A DNA stretch of 64,000 nt, from NCBI GenBank assembly GCA_964016885.1, contig OZ024747.1, positions 72,602,001-72,666,000 on the forward strand. Direction: 5' to 3'. Of the stretch, positions 63,667-64,000 are shown piece by piece; within the stretch, counting starts at the first letter, position 1; each line of letters opens with the position of its first letter. Under the pieces are notes generated by a model. The model had not been told where the DNA came from. It searched no databases and saw nothing but the letters and a program-made list of their open reading frames with translations. The position numbers and the translations under genes are program-made. This stretch comes from Eledone cirrhosa (taxonomy: Eukaryota).

Positions 63667-64000
63667 GATTTATATATATATGATTTATGATATAATGCTC
63701 TGATTTTTTAATTTATTAATTCTTCATAGAGCTTAAAAGTGACCAGTTGCAACATGTATATATATATATAACTTTATGTATATGTTAACCTTTATATTTA
63801 ATAATCTCCCAATAGGTTGAGATTAAATTTGGCGATATTTGGCTGCGCTTTCTAGCAGCAAGCCTACCCGCCGTAAGCAACCAATCACATTCTTTCTCTC
63901 TGGCTTGACCACAACCACATAGCGTATCTTAGCCATTTTTGAATCTATTTTGGCGGGATCGGATTGAAAAACTAGATGTCTGATTTTGAGCTTGTCTTCT

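Overview
Repeat-saturated animal genomic DNA with no recognisable host gene. The SINE tails and dense (TA)/(CA) microsatellites suggest an octopus-type cephalopod (inference). Contents: a 20 kb 27/29-bp satellite with nested higher-order duplications; 48-, 46- and 60-bp tandem arrays; a full-length, nearly intact autonomous Helitron (RepHel split by one base at a C23 homopolymer) and non-autonomous Helitrons; four L1/Tx1-clade LINE copies, all tied to (TATC)n; an RTE copy with a 5' inversion and an 11-bp TSD; a CR1-like fragment; a Penelope-like element (RT + GIY-YIG); many tRNA-derived SINEs. The main hidden signal is ten type I hammerhead-ribozyme motifs in the last 43 kb: five with an intact core, one with a compensatory U3-A8 core and four mutated or decayed. 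Most sit in short non-coding units beside (TA)n tracts. One lies in a circularly permuted 442-bp monomer resembling a non-LTR retrozyme, and two are arranged back to back in a ~260-bp palindrome.
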